64,000 nucleotides of DNA, from NCBI GenBank assembly GCA_951406725.2, contig OX597819.1:54994001-55058000 (forward strand), read 5' to 3'. This document shows positions 41,574 to 54,843 of the stretch, one piece after another. The first letter of the stretch is position 1. Every line of letters begins with the position of its first letter. The notes under the pieces are model-generated. The model was not told where the DNA came from. It saw nothing but the letters and a program-made list of their open reading frames with translations, and made no database searches. The position numbers were made by a program, and so were the translations under genes. The DNA is from Octopus vulgaris. Its lineage: Eukaryota.

Positions 41574-42630
41574 GATACAAATATATAAAATAAATTTATA
41601 GTTTTGTGGAAAGAGTAATTCTACTAGTAAATAGCCCATAGATTTCAAAACTAACATGGCAGGCAGTACAGTTGCCTTTGACTCAGAAGTCCCTGTCTGG
41701 ACTTGCACACACGTGAACAAACTTGGGTCCCGGAAATCTGCTTTTGACACTTAGGGAGGACAATGCTCTTTCGTGACGCTTTCGTGTGAACTGTGTTCGT
41801 CTGCTGGTGATAAGGGGAACGTTTGTTTATAATCGAAATAATGTCTGCTCAAATATAATTAAATATGTAGGTGTATAACAGTGTATTATTTATACATACA
41901 TACATGCATATATACATACATAATACACACACACACACGTATATAAATAAATATATATTCGTGTATATTCATGTGTATGTATGTATATGTATATATATAT
42001 AAGTATATATGTGTGTATATACATACATACACATATACATACATGCATACATACGTACATACACACTAATATATATATATATTTGTGTATATATGTTTGT
42101 GTATATGTATATGTATATATGTATGTATGTATATGTTTGTGTTTGTGTGTATATATATATACATACATACATACATTCATGAATAATTACATGCATACGT
42201 ACATGCATACATATACATACATGCAAACATGCATACATACATTCATACATACATACATACGTACATACGTACATACGTACATACATACATACATACATAC
42301 ATACATACATACATACATACATACATACATACATGCATGCATGCATGCATGCATACATACATACATACATACATACATACATACATACATACATACATAC
42401 ATACATACATACATACATACATACATACATACATACATACATACCTTGGTTATATAAATGTAGCCAGCACTTGCCTAAATGATGTTTGTCGCCTCCGATC
42501 TAGAAAACAGTCAATTATACATTCACTGGTATTGCGAAAAGCCGCCGGGCTGAACAAATAATCGGTGTATGCAATTGAAGCAAAAACCCGGCCAGGCCAA
42601 AATCTAGTATTCTCACTAGCTGTTGCTAAG

Positions 42631-43248
42631 ACGTTATCCTTTTCCAGGTATTTCATCTTTCAGATGTTCTCCCTGGAGGTAAGACAATTTTTTCTAGTTT
42701 GTTGCACACACGCATTTTTGCTAGTACATACGCGGTGAAGCTATACATTAACGTCGTATTATTACGTTCGCTATTTCCAGTAAATATCGGTACTTCGTTG
42801 TGCCATATATTTACTTCTTTGTATATTTTCCCCTCACGGGCTATTCTTTACTGGAAAGCAATACTCTAGTATTGCATTACTAATTTATTGAAACTTCTTC
42901 ACCGTTCTCGTGCTGTTAGCGTTTCGGCGTTTCAGTCGAGTGTAATGGCATTAATGTGGTAACATCTGAAAGGTTGTCGTGGTATATGTTTGGCTGATGA
43001 AGATAGATCAAGTTTATGGGTGGCAGACATATCTTGAAAAATCTGAAACCTGCGCAAGTCCCACATTATCCTTTTCCAGGTATTTCATCTTTCAGATGTT
43101 CTCCCTGGAGGTAAGACAATTTTTTCTAGTTTGTTGCACACACGCATTTTTGCTAGTACATACCCGGTGAAGCTATACATTAGCGTCGTATTATTACGTT
43201 CGCTATTTCCAGTAAATATCGGTACTTCGTTGTGCCATATATTTACTT

Positions 43249-43257
<9 letters not shown>
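42631..43257 (+). mobile_element. Retrozyme-like element H4: 432-bp monomer plus a 187-bp direct repeat
   Basis: 42634-42820 matches 43066-43252 (two substitutions seen); hammerhead lies immediately before the second copy; ends in (TA)n. Confidence 0.82.
42984..43069 (+). ncRNA. Type I hammerhead ribozyme motif, intact core
   Basis: UGG-CUGAUGA(42994-43000)-AGAU..UCAAG...CUUGA..AUCU-GAAA(43045-43048)-C-CUGCGCAA-GUC^(43060)-CCA. Confidence 0.8.
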
Positions 43258-43292
<35 letters not shown>

Positions 43293-44342
43293 TCACTTAC
43301 ACATACACACACTCTCACACATGCATATATTCGATGAGCTTCCAGACAATTTCCATGAAACAAATTCACTCGCAAGGCATTGGTCGACCCTGGAGTGCAG
43401 TAGAAGACACTTGTTCATGGAGCCGCGTCGTGGGACTGAACCAGAAACCATGTGGTTGAAAAACGAGCTTGTTAACCACACAGTTATGCCTGAGCTTATA
43501 ATAGATAATCATTTTTCATTCAGATACAAGTCCACTAATTTTGACCGGAAGAGTTTTAGTCGATTACATCAACAACAATACTTAACTCGTACTATATTTA
43601 ATCGACCCCGGAGGAATGAAAGTTAAAGTTGACCTCAGCGAGAATTGAACTTGATAGCGGGAAAATATTCTGTTGCAGACGGTGGTGGTGGTGGTCATGT
43701 GTTAGAGGTGATAATGATGTGGTGTTGATGATAATAGTGATGATAATACTGATGATGGCGGTGGTGGCGATGGACGCAGTGGTTGTGGTAGCGGCGGGCG
43801 GAGATGGTTTGTGAGACTAATGACAATATATAAATTGTAGAATGGCTTGTTTCCACTGATAGTTCCAGCTGAGCTTGGTGTTGACTTTGGTGCATGTGGA
43901 TCGATTTCCAACAGTTGACGGTGTTTTGCAATGTAAAACCTGTTCTCTAAGATCTTTTAAATCCTTCTTAAGAACTCAGGCAAATCCTTTGATTGTGACA
44001 TTGAACTGTATTGACCTAACCTTTCCCATTCAGCCACCACCGCCACCACCAACACCGCCTCCGCCACCACCAACACCACCTCCGCCACCACCAACACCGC
44101 CTCCGCCACTGCCACCGCCGCCATCGCTACTGCTTCTTTTTATTCCCCCCACAAATTTATCTGCTTACATCATAATAAAACAAAATACATAAAATTTAAA
44201 GAAAAATTGCTTTAAAAGAAATAAAATCTTTGTGCTACCCCGAGTACCTTCAAAGTAAAATCTAATCTATTTGTTAAAACGCCAAAGTCTATGACAAATC
44301 GGTGTTTCATGAAGAACTACAAAGACGCTGGATGAGAACTAA

Positions 44343-44402
<60 letters not shown>

Positions 44403-44602
44403 CCTTTCTACTATAGACACAAAGCCTGAAATTCGGGGGAGGGGGATAGTCGATTTCATCGACCCTATTACTCATCTAGTACTTATTTTATCGACCCCGA
44501 AAAGTTGATAGGCAAAGTGAACATCGACGGAATTTGAACTCACCACCACCATAATGATAATAATAATAATGGTTTCAAATTTTGCTACAAGGACAGCCAT
44601 TT

Positions 44603-46090
44603 TGGATGACCTCAAACTTTATGGTAAAGACGAAGCCCAAGTCAGTTGCTGATATCAGAATGAAGTTCGGACTGAGAAATTGTGGTGTGTTAGTCATGAA
44701 GAGAGGCAAAATCAAATGTATGGACGGGCTATCGATACTGTCGGGGATTTTTATAAAGCAGATAGAAGAGACGGGCTATAAGTATTTGGGGATCTTGGAA
44801 ATGGAGAAATTAATGGAGAAAGAAATGACAGAAAAATTTAAGGTGGAGTACTTGCGCAGACTGAGACTGATCCTTAAGTTGAAATTAAACGGACGGGATA
44901 AGATCGAAACTATCAACACCTGGAGCAGGGGTAATCGCATCGACAGTAGACGAACTAAACAGCTTAGACAGAAAGACAAGGAAGTTGCTAACTAAATATG
45001 GGACACTCCACCCAAAAAGTGACACAGACAGACTGTATGTACTAAGAAAAAGGGGGTCAAGAGGACTTATTGGATGCGAACACAGCATTAGATTAGAAGA
45101 AAAAAACATAGCATGGTATGTAAAAAAAATGCTACAGAACCGCTATTATTAGACGTAAGAAGGTCAGGCTTATGTACGATAAAAGATTGCAAAGATAAAG
45201 CACTGTACAAGCAATTGAAAACGAATGAAACTGAAAATTGGTGGGTAAAGAAAAGAATGCACGGACAATTTCATAGGGTCGTTGAAGATAAAACAAACAG
45301 AGAAAAAAGATGACTGTAGATGACTAAAAGTGACTTCAAACCAGAAATGGAGGCTCTAATCTGTGCTGCCCTAGAGCAAGCACTAGGAACAAATTATATA
45401 TAATACAGAATAGACAACACATCAGAAAGTGATAAGTGCAGAATTTGTGAACAAAATGGTGAAACCGTAGGGTATATTACCAGTCAATGTACGCCACTAG
45501 CCCAGGAGGAATATAAGGGACACCGCGACAATATAGCAAGGCTTGTCTATTGGACACTTTACAACAAGTATGAACTTGACAGAGCAAAAAATTGGTACGA
45601 CCACAAACCCGAAGGCATCATCAAAAATGATAATGCAAAGATCCTGCGAGATTTTATGATTCAGTGCGGCCATGAGATAGAGAATAAGAAGCCAGACATA
45701 GTCTTAACTGAGAAAGAAAGCAAACTGTGCTGGATCATAGATATAGCATTCCCAGCTGACAACAAGGTATGCGATAAGGAAGAAAGAAAAGTCGATAGAT
45801 ATGACAGATTAGCTTGGGAGGTTAAGCAGTTGTGGTCGATGAAAAAGGTGGTAGTGGTACCAACAATTGTCGGAGCCCTGGGAACAGTGAGTAAAAATCT
45901 TGATAAGTACAAAGAACAAATAGGACTGCAATGAGAGTGGAACACTTACAGAAAACAACACTACTTGGAACCGCTCGAATACACTGGAAGATGCTCGAAA
46001 AATATGAGGTGTTACCTTAGTTCATTGGTAGTGAACAGCTGACACCATAGTATATCTCCAGCGTTAGAAGCTGTGCAAAGGCTATAAATA
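44603..46090 (+). mobile_element. R4/Dong-like LINE, RT C-terminus through RLE, decayed
   Basis: DDLKLY, IRMKFG..CGVL, YKYLGI, zinc knuckle, KPDIV...IIDIAFP...K..RY..L; stops and frameshifts; ends at (AAT)n. Confidence 0.93.
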
Positions 46091-46325
46091 ATAATAATAA
46101 TAATGGTTGTTTCCAACTTTTAGTACAAGGCCAGCAATTTTCGGGTGAGGTGGGTAATTCGATTGCACTGATCCCAGTGTTCAACTGATACTAATTTTAT
46201 CGACACCCTGACAGGATGAAAGGCAAACCCAACCTCTACAAAATTTGAACCCAGAACGTGAAGACAGATGAATTGCCGCTAAGTATTTTTGCCCGGCGTG
46301 CTAGTGATTCTACTAGCTCGGCGCC
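46090..46325 (-). mobile_element. SINE family B (other copies at 40496-40705, 43505-43650, 44400-44542, 49935-50120, 61128-61275, 63530-63745)
   Basis: Consensus match with an (ATT)n tail. Confidence 0.82.
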
Positions 46326-46369
46326 TTTACAACAACAACAACAACAACAACAATAATAATAATAATAAA

Positions 46370-47376
46370 AACTGTTTTCAGTATTCAAGGAAGCTGACAA
46401 ATACAAACAAAAAATCATACTACCTAATAAATATGAAGAGGAAGAAGAAACAACAAAAGCTATAAAACAAATGAAATCCAAACTAAAACAGCAACGATCC
46501 ATGATAAAACGATGGCAAGAAAAGCCTCTTCATGGCAAATGCTGGGCTAAACTAAATGCAAAAGAAATAGACAGAGAAAAATCCCAGCAATGGTTTAGAA
46601 GCTCAGGACTCAAAGCAGAGACTGAAAGATTTTTAATTGCAGCACAAGACCAAAGCCTCCCCACCAGAAATTACCAAAAACATGTAATGAAAAGAAACAT
46701 AACAAGTAACTGCAGAATATGTGGAGATGGACAAGAAACAATAAATCATATTATCTCTGGCTGCGCAGTCCTGGCTAAGAAAGAATATATTCACAGATAC
46801 GACAGAGTTTGGACCTACATACAGTGGAAGATATGCCAACACTATGGAATAACAATAGAAAAAATATGGTATAGGCACACGTCAGAAAAGGTCACAGAAA
46901 ACGAGAAAGCAACTATTCCCTGGGATATGCCAATACACACAGATAGAGGAATTAAGGCCAATAGGCCGGATATAGTTGTCAGAGATCATGATGAAGAAAA
47001 ATGCTTTCTGATTGATGTATCAATACCAGCAGATGACAACGTTTCTCTAAAAGAAATGGAAAAACTTTCAAAATACAAAGACCTGGAAATAGAGGTAACT
47101 CGAATGTGGAATCTAAAAAAACAGAAACAATTCCTATCATAGTAGGCGCATTAGGTATGATAAAAAAATATTCAGACAAATACATAACAAAAACACCAGG
47201 ACTTACAAATAAATATAACACACAGAAAATTGTACTGCTGGGCGCTGCACACATCCTACGCAAAGCACTTTCAATACAGTAACCACAAGAGCATCACAGC
47301 AAACCACAGCACATACCCAAGGCTCACAGAGCTGCACTCGGTAGTGAAGTGAAAGCACGCTATAAAAATAAAACAA

Positions 47377-47380
<4 letters not shown>
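46370..47380 (+). mobile_element. R4/Dong-like LINE 3' portion
   Basis: ORF 46471-47142: KPLHGK, ETERFLIAAQDQ, CRIC....ETINHIISGC, NRPDIVV...IDVSIP...EKLSKY; flanked by (AAT)n on both sides. Confidence 0.95.
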
Positions 47381-47462
<82 letters not shown>

Positions 47463-47788
47463 CAACAACAACAACAACAACACCAACAACGTTAAACGCC
47501 TGCTTATAGATTAATTTCAAGGCTGTGAGAACCTGATGACTTCAACATATAACAATTGTTCAGTTGCTGTTTGTTAAGTAGTAGTCGCTTGCTTTTGTAG
47601 TTTGTTGTGTTAGCCCCCACCCCTTTTTTTGTTCCTGTCTGAAACCCCTACCGTGCCCGTAATAATAAGCAGTAATCTATGAAGCAATAGTAATAATGTA
47701 GGAGATTGAAGAATGTAGGGATGGAGATGAAGAGGGGAATGGTGAAAATACAGCAAAGAATTTTTTTGTTGTGCTTTTTGTTTTCTTA

Positions 47789-47857
<69 letters not shown>

Positions 47858-48564
47858 CTTTGAGAAACAGCTGCGCTGATGAAATGAAAACAGAAAGTCA
47901 TTAGTGATGCGATGTCTTAATAAAATCATTTATTTGATTGCAAAAGAACCATGTGAAGAAACCATCACTTCTCTGTATAATAATTTCATAAATAAACCAA
48001 CAGGAGACTCTATACGTGGTCGATATACATGCTAGGTATTGTAACTAAATTACCCTTAAATCAAAACCTGCTGTTTCGAATGACTAAAAAGAGAAGAAAG
48101 GGAACAATGAGAGCTAAAGCTTACATTGAATTATGTAGTACATTTTTCCTCGTTTATCACGGAATAACATCCGTATGCTCAATTGTGAACCAAGTGACGC
48201 TTATCACGAATTGATATGTGATAACATTAGTCGGTGATCAGTCAAAGATTCAGCTCGGACGACTAAAGCGCACCTCAGCGACCGTCCGCAACTCTCTGTT
48301 GAACATGGAAGGAAACATACGTTCTTTTATTCATTAGTTACAAATTCACTTAACGTGTTTTTTTTTTTTTAACCAAACATTCATCATAAACGAAGGTAGA
48401 TAAATTAGAAAAATGATGTCAGAAAATTTTAAATAAAAGAAAAAATGAGAGTGAACTTTTAGTGAGTTCATTGTGCTTGTATTCCTTATAATTTTGAGTT
48501 CTACGTAATTTTGGTTTCTATTAACAATGTGGTAAGCCGCGCTCATTTTAAATTATCTTAGTCT

Positions 48565-48637
<73 letters not shown>

Positions 48638-49110
48638 GAAATAAACTCTCAAGGGGATTTCCTCTATGAGAACCCCTCTTCAGGCAAGTGTTTCGGCCCT
48701 TAACTTTTTTACGCTCTTAGGAAGCCGGGCCGCATCTGGGTCCTGACCCTTGTGTCACATTTTACCCACTTGGATATCGGCGACTCGTGCGTTTAAGCCG
48801 CTTGGAGATTTCTTCTAGTTGCAACTCCTCTTTTGCTTTTAATTGTTTTAAATCTTCCTCGGAGGAAGAAGGTGGTTTCTAACAAAGAGGCAAAGCTCTA
48901 TTATTGGAACATAGATAACAAAATCTAGTTCACATTTTGAGCTTGCATATTTTTACTATTCCACTGACAGAGTGCATTTGTAATGTGCGTGTTAAGATGA
49001 CTGATTTTCTTTTTCTGAAAACCCTAGCCTTGCCACTTTGTCACTTGAGCGTTTACTCACAAATCCAAGCGCGCCAGTTATCATTCGTATGAATGTGAAT
49101 TTTTAATCAG

Positions 49111-49169
<59 letters not shown>

Positions 49170-49515
49170 AGAACTCGGGCAAAATGCTTGGAGGCTATTG
49201 ATCAAAATATAATGTAGATACAAATACAGTAGTTGAGGTTAACAGGCTAATCAATATCCAATCAATCTACCGAAGGGTGCCAGACGAAAACGTCAGCAGC
49301 CGAACTTATTGACACCCAACAAAATGTCCTGGATTTATTTTGGTTGTGGCTGTGTCTTCTGCTTATTTTCTCTGACGAATGACGAAAACATTTTGATGAC
49401 GTAATCGGAGCGTAGCGCTGGTGGGGAAGGGGAGGCGTACATCGATTAACATGGATATTTGGTATGACAAATGTACTTTACTCTGAGTAAAAAAAGGCAT
49501 TGATATCAAGATAAT

Positions 49516-49900
49516 GGGCGAACTACTACGTGGTCGATCATCCTTTAGAAATAGTTGGCAAGTCTCCCTCAATTCACACCCTACCGTCTTAATGTGGTCA
49601 CTCGTCTTCTAGAAATAGCAGACAAGTCATCCTCAATTCCAACCCTGCCGTTTTAATGTTGTCACTCGTCCTCTTGAAATAGCTGACAAGTCTCCCTCAA
49701 TTCTCACGCTACTGTTTTTTAATGTATTCACTCGTCCTCTAGACATAGTAGACAAGTTTCCCTGATTTCCCGGCCGTTTTAACCGATGTAACAACAGATG
49801 TTATAATATGCTTGAGAAAAAAAAAACGAGATGATTGCAGATGGAATTCATTTGACCAAAGTCCTGCTTGATTAAGACTGACCCAGGGCTAAACATTAAC
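49516..49900 (+). repeat. Old interspersed element family E with a fourfold tandem ~65-bp 5' module
   Basis: GTGGTCACTCGTC.TCTAGAAATAGCAGACAAGTCTCCCTCAATTC repeated, followed by the tail GACCCAGGGCTAAACA. Confidence 0.75.
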
Positions 49901-50269
49901 AGTTATAGACAGTGACTAAAATCATCGTTACTCTCAGTAGAATAGTTAGAGCTTCGAACAAATTCTTTGAGGTATTTGTTCCGGTTCTTAACGCTCTGAG
50001 TTCAAATCTCACCAAGGCCAACTTCACCTCTCATCCTTTTGGGAGGCTGGGGCGATAAAATAAAGTATCAATCACGTACTGAGGCCAGTGTAATCAATTG
50101 AGCCCTACCCCTCAAAAGAGCCAGCTAGAAAGGTAGCTCTCAACCATTTTTTTCACATGGACCCCTTTCATTCCTATTTTGCTCTACTGCACACCCCGTC
50201 CCAATAGCCACTCCATGTTTAAAAAGATCCTATTATATTTTTATAATTAAACATTAAAGTTCAGGCTTA

Positions 50270-50520
50270 CTCTGAACTTTCGTTTGTGAGGAGCTGAGAA
50301 GAAGAGAAGCGCCTACTGAGGTGCATCTAGCAGTCGGGATAACCAGAATGTGTGGGGTTTCCTCGTTTGTCCTTGTGATGAACTTCCCTCTTTTGGGGAA
50401 TTTTGTTGTTTAATTAGATTGTTAATTGTCATTGCTATTTTATTGTTTACTCGATTTTTGTTTTAAACCCCACGTGTCCCTATTCGTTTTGTGTTCAGCC
50501 CTTGTGGCCAATGAAGAAAC
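50270..50520 (+). mobile_element. Putative L1/Tx1-type LINE 3' UTR, followed by a headless family B SINE body (50521-50685)
   Basis: T-rich UTR-like sequence ending CAGCCCTTGTGGCCAATGAAGAAAC, similar to the family B variant tail; no ORF here, so the clade is inferred. Confidence 0.5.
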
Positions 50521-50949
50521 GATATTACATCGGCATCTGAGTTCAAATCCCATCGAGGTCATCTTTCTCTTTCATACTTTCGGGGTCGATAAAATAAGGG
50601 CCAGTTTAGCACCGGGGTCCATGAAATCAATTAACCTCCCTACCAGAAAATTCAGGCTTTGTGTCTATAGTAGAAAGGATTATTAAATCGGTGTCGGTAT
50701 GGGGGTATCTGGGACGATATGAGTGAATGTGTCCTGTTCGAAGACATTGAATAGGATAGGATTTGATGGATATTTAGCCTGTTGTTTCTAGTAGATGCAA
50801 TGAATATGCAGCTGTGCATCGTTAACCAGCAAGAAGAGATGTCCTCACGGGCTTAAAAAACTTCAGTGAAGTCTGTTCGAACGGATTATTACTTGTTAGT
50901 ACACCTACTGCGTTGATCTCTTAGAGAGATTTTAAAACTAGCATTTTTG

Positions 50950-50981
<32 letters not shown>

Positions 50982-50984
<3 letters not shown>

Positions 50985-51190
50985 AGAATTCACAAACAAA
51001 ATAACAAACAAAAGACGAAGACAGGTGGTGTAGACAACAAACAGATGTATTAGCATAACGCTCGGGAAGTAAAAAAGTCTTTAACGTTTCGAGCCTACGC
51101 TCTTCCACATAAAGGAACACAGAAATAAACAAGGAGAGAAAATAAAGAATGTGTAGTGACTAGCGATCTATCATGGTGAATAACGTACAG
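50982..51190 (-). mobile_element. Hammerhead-bearing repeat related to H2
   Basis: Reverse complement CTTT-ATGTGGA-A-GAGC GTAG GCTC-GAAAC-GTT-AAAG; downstream GAGCGT..GCTAATACAT is shared with 25370-25388; lies between (TA)n tracts. Confidence 0.6.
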
Positions 51191-52507
51191 GAGGGTCACA
51201 CAGGAGACCTAGGGAGAAAGGGATATTTATATATATATATATATATATAATATAGTATATTATTATATATATATCATATATATATGTATATACGATGTAT
51301 ATATATATATATATATGTACACACACTCGCACCCCACCACACACATACGCACATACATACATATATACATACATATATTCATATATACACATGTATATGC
51401 ATATTCATATGTATGTATTTATATGCGTAGACATTTACATGCATGCACACGCACATGCACACGCACACACGTTCTATCTTGCTTACAAAACGTGCATATA
51501 CAACGGTTCTCTCGCTCCTTCTTTTCAGTCTTTTATACACATACACGTCTCTCCTCTTTCTCCTTCTCCCTATCACACACTCATACACAAACCAGATAGA
51601 CACAGACCACCTGACATATAGAGATGGTGGGGGCGGGGTGGGAGGAAATACCCCATTTATTGCAGACAGCCTTAATGTTATAAACCTGGGGGTGGTTTAC
51701 ATGATTAAACGGTAGCCGTGTCTCATTAATTTGTAATGAGACAAAACTAGCCTGACCCACCCTTACTTTAATAAATATAAACAAATACTTATCAATGATA
51801 AAAAAAAATAAATTATTTAACAAAGCTACTGTTTTCCATTTGTCATTAAGGTTCTCATGATTTAAACTATAAATAGCACTGAATCATTGAGTTTATAGAG
51901 GACTATATAAACAAATAGAAAAGCGCCATATTAGCCTAGTTAAGTAGCTCAATGATTACAGCAGACGATAATATAAATTGTTACTATGAGGGTGAAAAGT
52001 TTTTGTTATTAGATTATTTACAGTAGAAGAGTAGCATCCATAATCATTTCCAAGTTCTCTGTGATTGGTGAGAGGAAAGGAGAAATAATTCTTAGGCCGT
52101 GGATCTGGCTCAGATGCGTTTAACAGAGTGAACTCTGGGCAAAGTCAGCTAAGTACGGGTCATGTGGTGGTGATAAACTCAAGTGTGGATATGTCGCTGA
52201 CTTAGAAAGAAAACAGTACCTCCAGCAGACTTGTACTCATTTCATGCCAACCAAATGACTTCAGTGGAGGCAAGATTACACTGAAATAAATTTATGCAAA
52301 TCGCTGTGCAGTGGGATCGATCTTGAAATCACGTAGTCAAGATCGACCATGCATGATCCCATAACACAAATTGATCATAGAACTAAATACCCACATTTCT
52401 TTGGGTTTACGTTCTGAATTCAAATCCTGCTGGCACATGAGGTCAGAATTAGATGGGGAACAAGTGAACCAATTAACATGGTCCTTCGAAATGTAAGTAG
52501 AAAGAAG

Positions 52508-52571
<64 letters not shown>

Positions 52572-53771
52572 CTCCTTTAATAAATATATTTAGTCATTTT
52601 ATTTTGTTCTGTTACTTTTATTTGTAAGTATTTCATGTATACTATACTTACAGGTACACATATACAACACTTATCCGTACATATATTGCTAAAATATTTA
52701 ATAAACTTAATTGGTTACTAAAATATTTAATAAATGAGATCTACATTTCTCATCTATCTTGGGCTTGTTGCCTTTTGAAATTAGGCCCACATTTCACATC
52801 TGGTCTTGGCCTTTTACCAACTGGAGGAAGCATTTCCTGGCTGTTAATTGAATTGGGGCCTTCATGTCGCATCTGGTTTGATCCTTAAAACCAGTTTAGC
52901 ACTTTGTATGCCCATGACCTTCGAAGACTCTACGAAAACAATGATAATTATACTGTAAACGTTCAGCTTGAACAATTACAATTTGAAGTCTGTAGAGAAA
53001 AAAATGTAAGCGGAAACAGAATTCCAATATACTTTGTTTTTAATGATTTAATCAGAAAGGAAAGAGCGACACCCATTACCATTATTCAAGGCATATCTCT
53101 GGACTGGTGGAGGGAAGGAAGATACTTTCACACCAGACACCTGGCTCCAGTGCTTGCAATAGAGTGAACTCTGCTAAAAGTAACCAAAGGTTTAATGGTG
53201 ATGGTGGTGGTGGTGGTGGACCGAGTGACAGATGAAATTTATCATCCAAATCGTTCCGGAGAGGAAATATTAGGTGTAGTGAATTAGCGAATCATCAACC
53301 CCGAAATATTACTGGTTTCTCGAAAGAGCTTCTACATAGTTTCAGTCTGCCAAATTTCACTCGCAAAGCTTTCGTTAACAAGAAGTTATGGTCAAAAGAC
53401 ATTTGCGGAAGGTGTAAAGCAATGCTGCCTTGTAAAATCGTTTTCTGCCGTGACGTCGGATTAATCAAATCGTGGTTAAAGGGAATCGCGGGAGGCGAAG
53501 ACATAGAATAGATGACTGAAGGATGAAAGAAGCATGTGTGTATCAGGTGGGGAGAGGTGTTATATATTTCGCTTACTCTGAGGAGCAAAGCACGATGGTA
53601 GAAGCAGCGAAAGAAATAAGTGAGGTGATAACATGTCTGTTGGCTAGAGTCTGGAATGTATTGGTGAATGAGTGAGTCATTGCCAATCATTCAAAGAGGT
53701 TTAGTTTGGATACGGCCTCGGTTGTTCGTGTATACTGCAGCATCATAGTTCTAGACATGAGAGTACTATTC

Positions 53772-54001
53772 TGTTGTGTTGTGTGGACGCCCCCAGACGA
53801 TGAAATAGGCTAGCCCAATACGTAGATATAGAGGGAGAAGTCTAGACGTCGGGAGTTGAGTAGAGGTCATCGGAACGTGCGATATAACAGTGGCGACGAG
53901 GGTGAGATAGCACACACAGTCACTGTGTAGTATTACGATATAACAGTGGCGACGAGGATTTCGTAGCTCACACAGCTACTGTGTAGTATTGCGATATAAC
54001 A
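53772..54001 (+). mobile_element. LTR-retrotransposon remnant with a duplicated LTR end and PBS
   Basis: TG...CA ends, TSD TATTC/TATTG; ATAACA-G-TGGCGACGAGG at 53891 and 53947. Confidence 0.65.
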
Positions 54002-54692
54002 TATTGCAGGTTCCTATGAGTTTTACAGAGAGCCCGTAACCGTTCTAGTCGCAGCTGAAGTATTTTCTGGTTTTGAAGGGGACACAGTTTTGTAATGCTA
54101 TAAATCTAATTGCATGGTCAAGCGCCTGTATCAATTTTCAAAGTTTTAACTGCGTGTTGTCCACGTCTAGAAAGAGTAAAAAAAATGGGGTCCTCGAGAG
54201 AAAGTTTACAAGACGGAACTTAATGTAACTTTCAGGCTCCTATAGTGCCTGAAAACGTGCTTTTTTTTCTGTTTTAGGGAGGGTCCTGTCAGATATTTAC
54301 GACTCTCTAGGATCCTTTGTATCGGTTTTAATCCTACCCTTATAAACCTTGGGTAGGGGTCAAAGTGTGTTTTCGTGATATGCGCAATACGTACAGAAAA
54401 TATGCATTTTTATACTGTAAAAGAAGATAAGGCTATCACCTCCGTCCCCCGTTCATTCCCTCGAAGCCGCTAATTAATTTACTGATCGATTCTCTCCACC
54501 CACTTCAAAATTTAACTTTATTCTTCACTCTAACGATATCGATTTGATAATTTAAATGTCGACTTCTCATATTTCTTGGGCGGGGAGCACGGTCAACTAC
54601 GGTGAACCCAGTACTGGATTGGTATTTATTTTATTAGCTGTTGAAGGGAGGAGGAGCAAAATAGAGGCCACAGGAAATGGAACTCACAAAGA

Positions 54693-54755
54693 AGTAGTGG
54701 TTAAGAGCGCGGGCTACTAACCCCAAGATTCCGAGTTCGATTCCAGGCAGTGACT

Positions 54756-54843
<88 letters not shown>

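Noticed and set aside
48633-48720. Hammerhead halves on the minus strand (GCCGAAAC...CTGAAGAGGGG) next to (TA)n
   Set aside because: Only 6 nt separate the halves and no GAAA follows the GGGG/CCCC stem, so it cannot be folded into a core; possibly a deleted remnant
53880-54001. CRISPR-like repeat/spacer pattern
   Set aside because: The spacers resemble each other, the repeat is an LTR end plus PBS, the context is eukaryotic and there are no cas genes
54020-54430. Possible degraded minus-strand Helitron
   Set aside because: Termini too decayed to support a call
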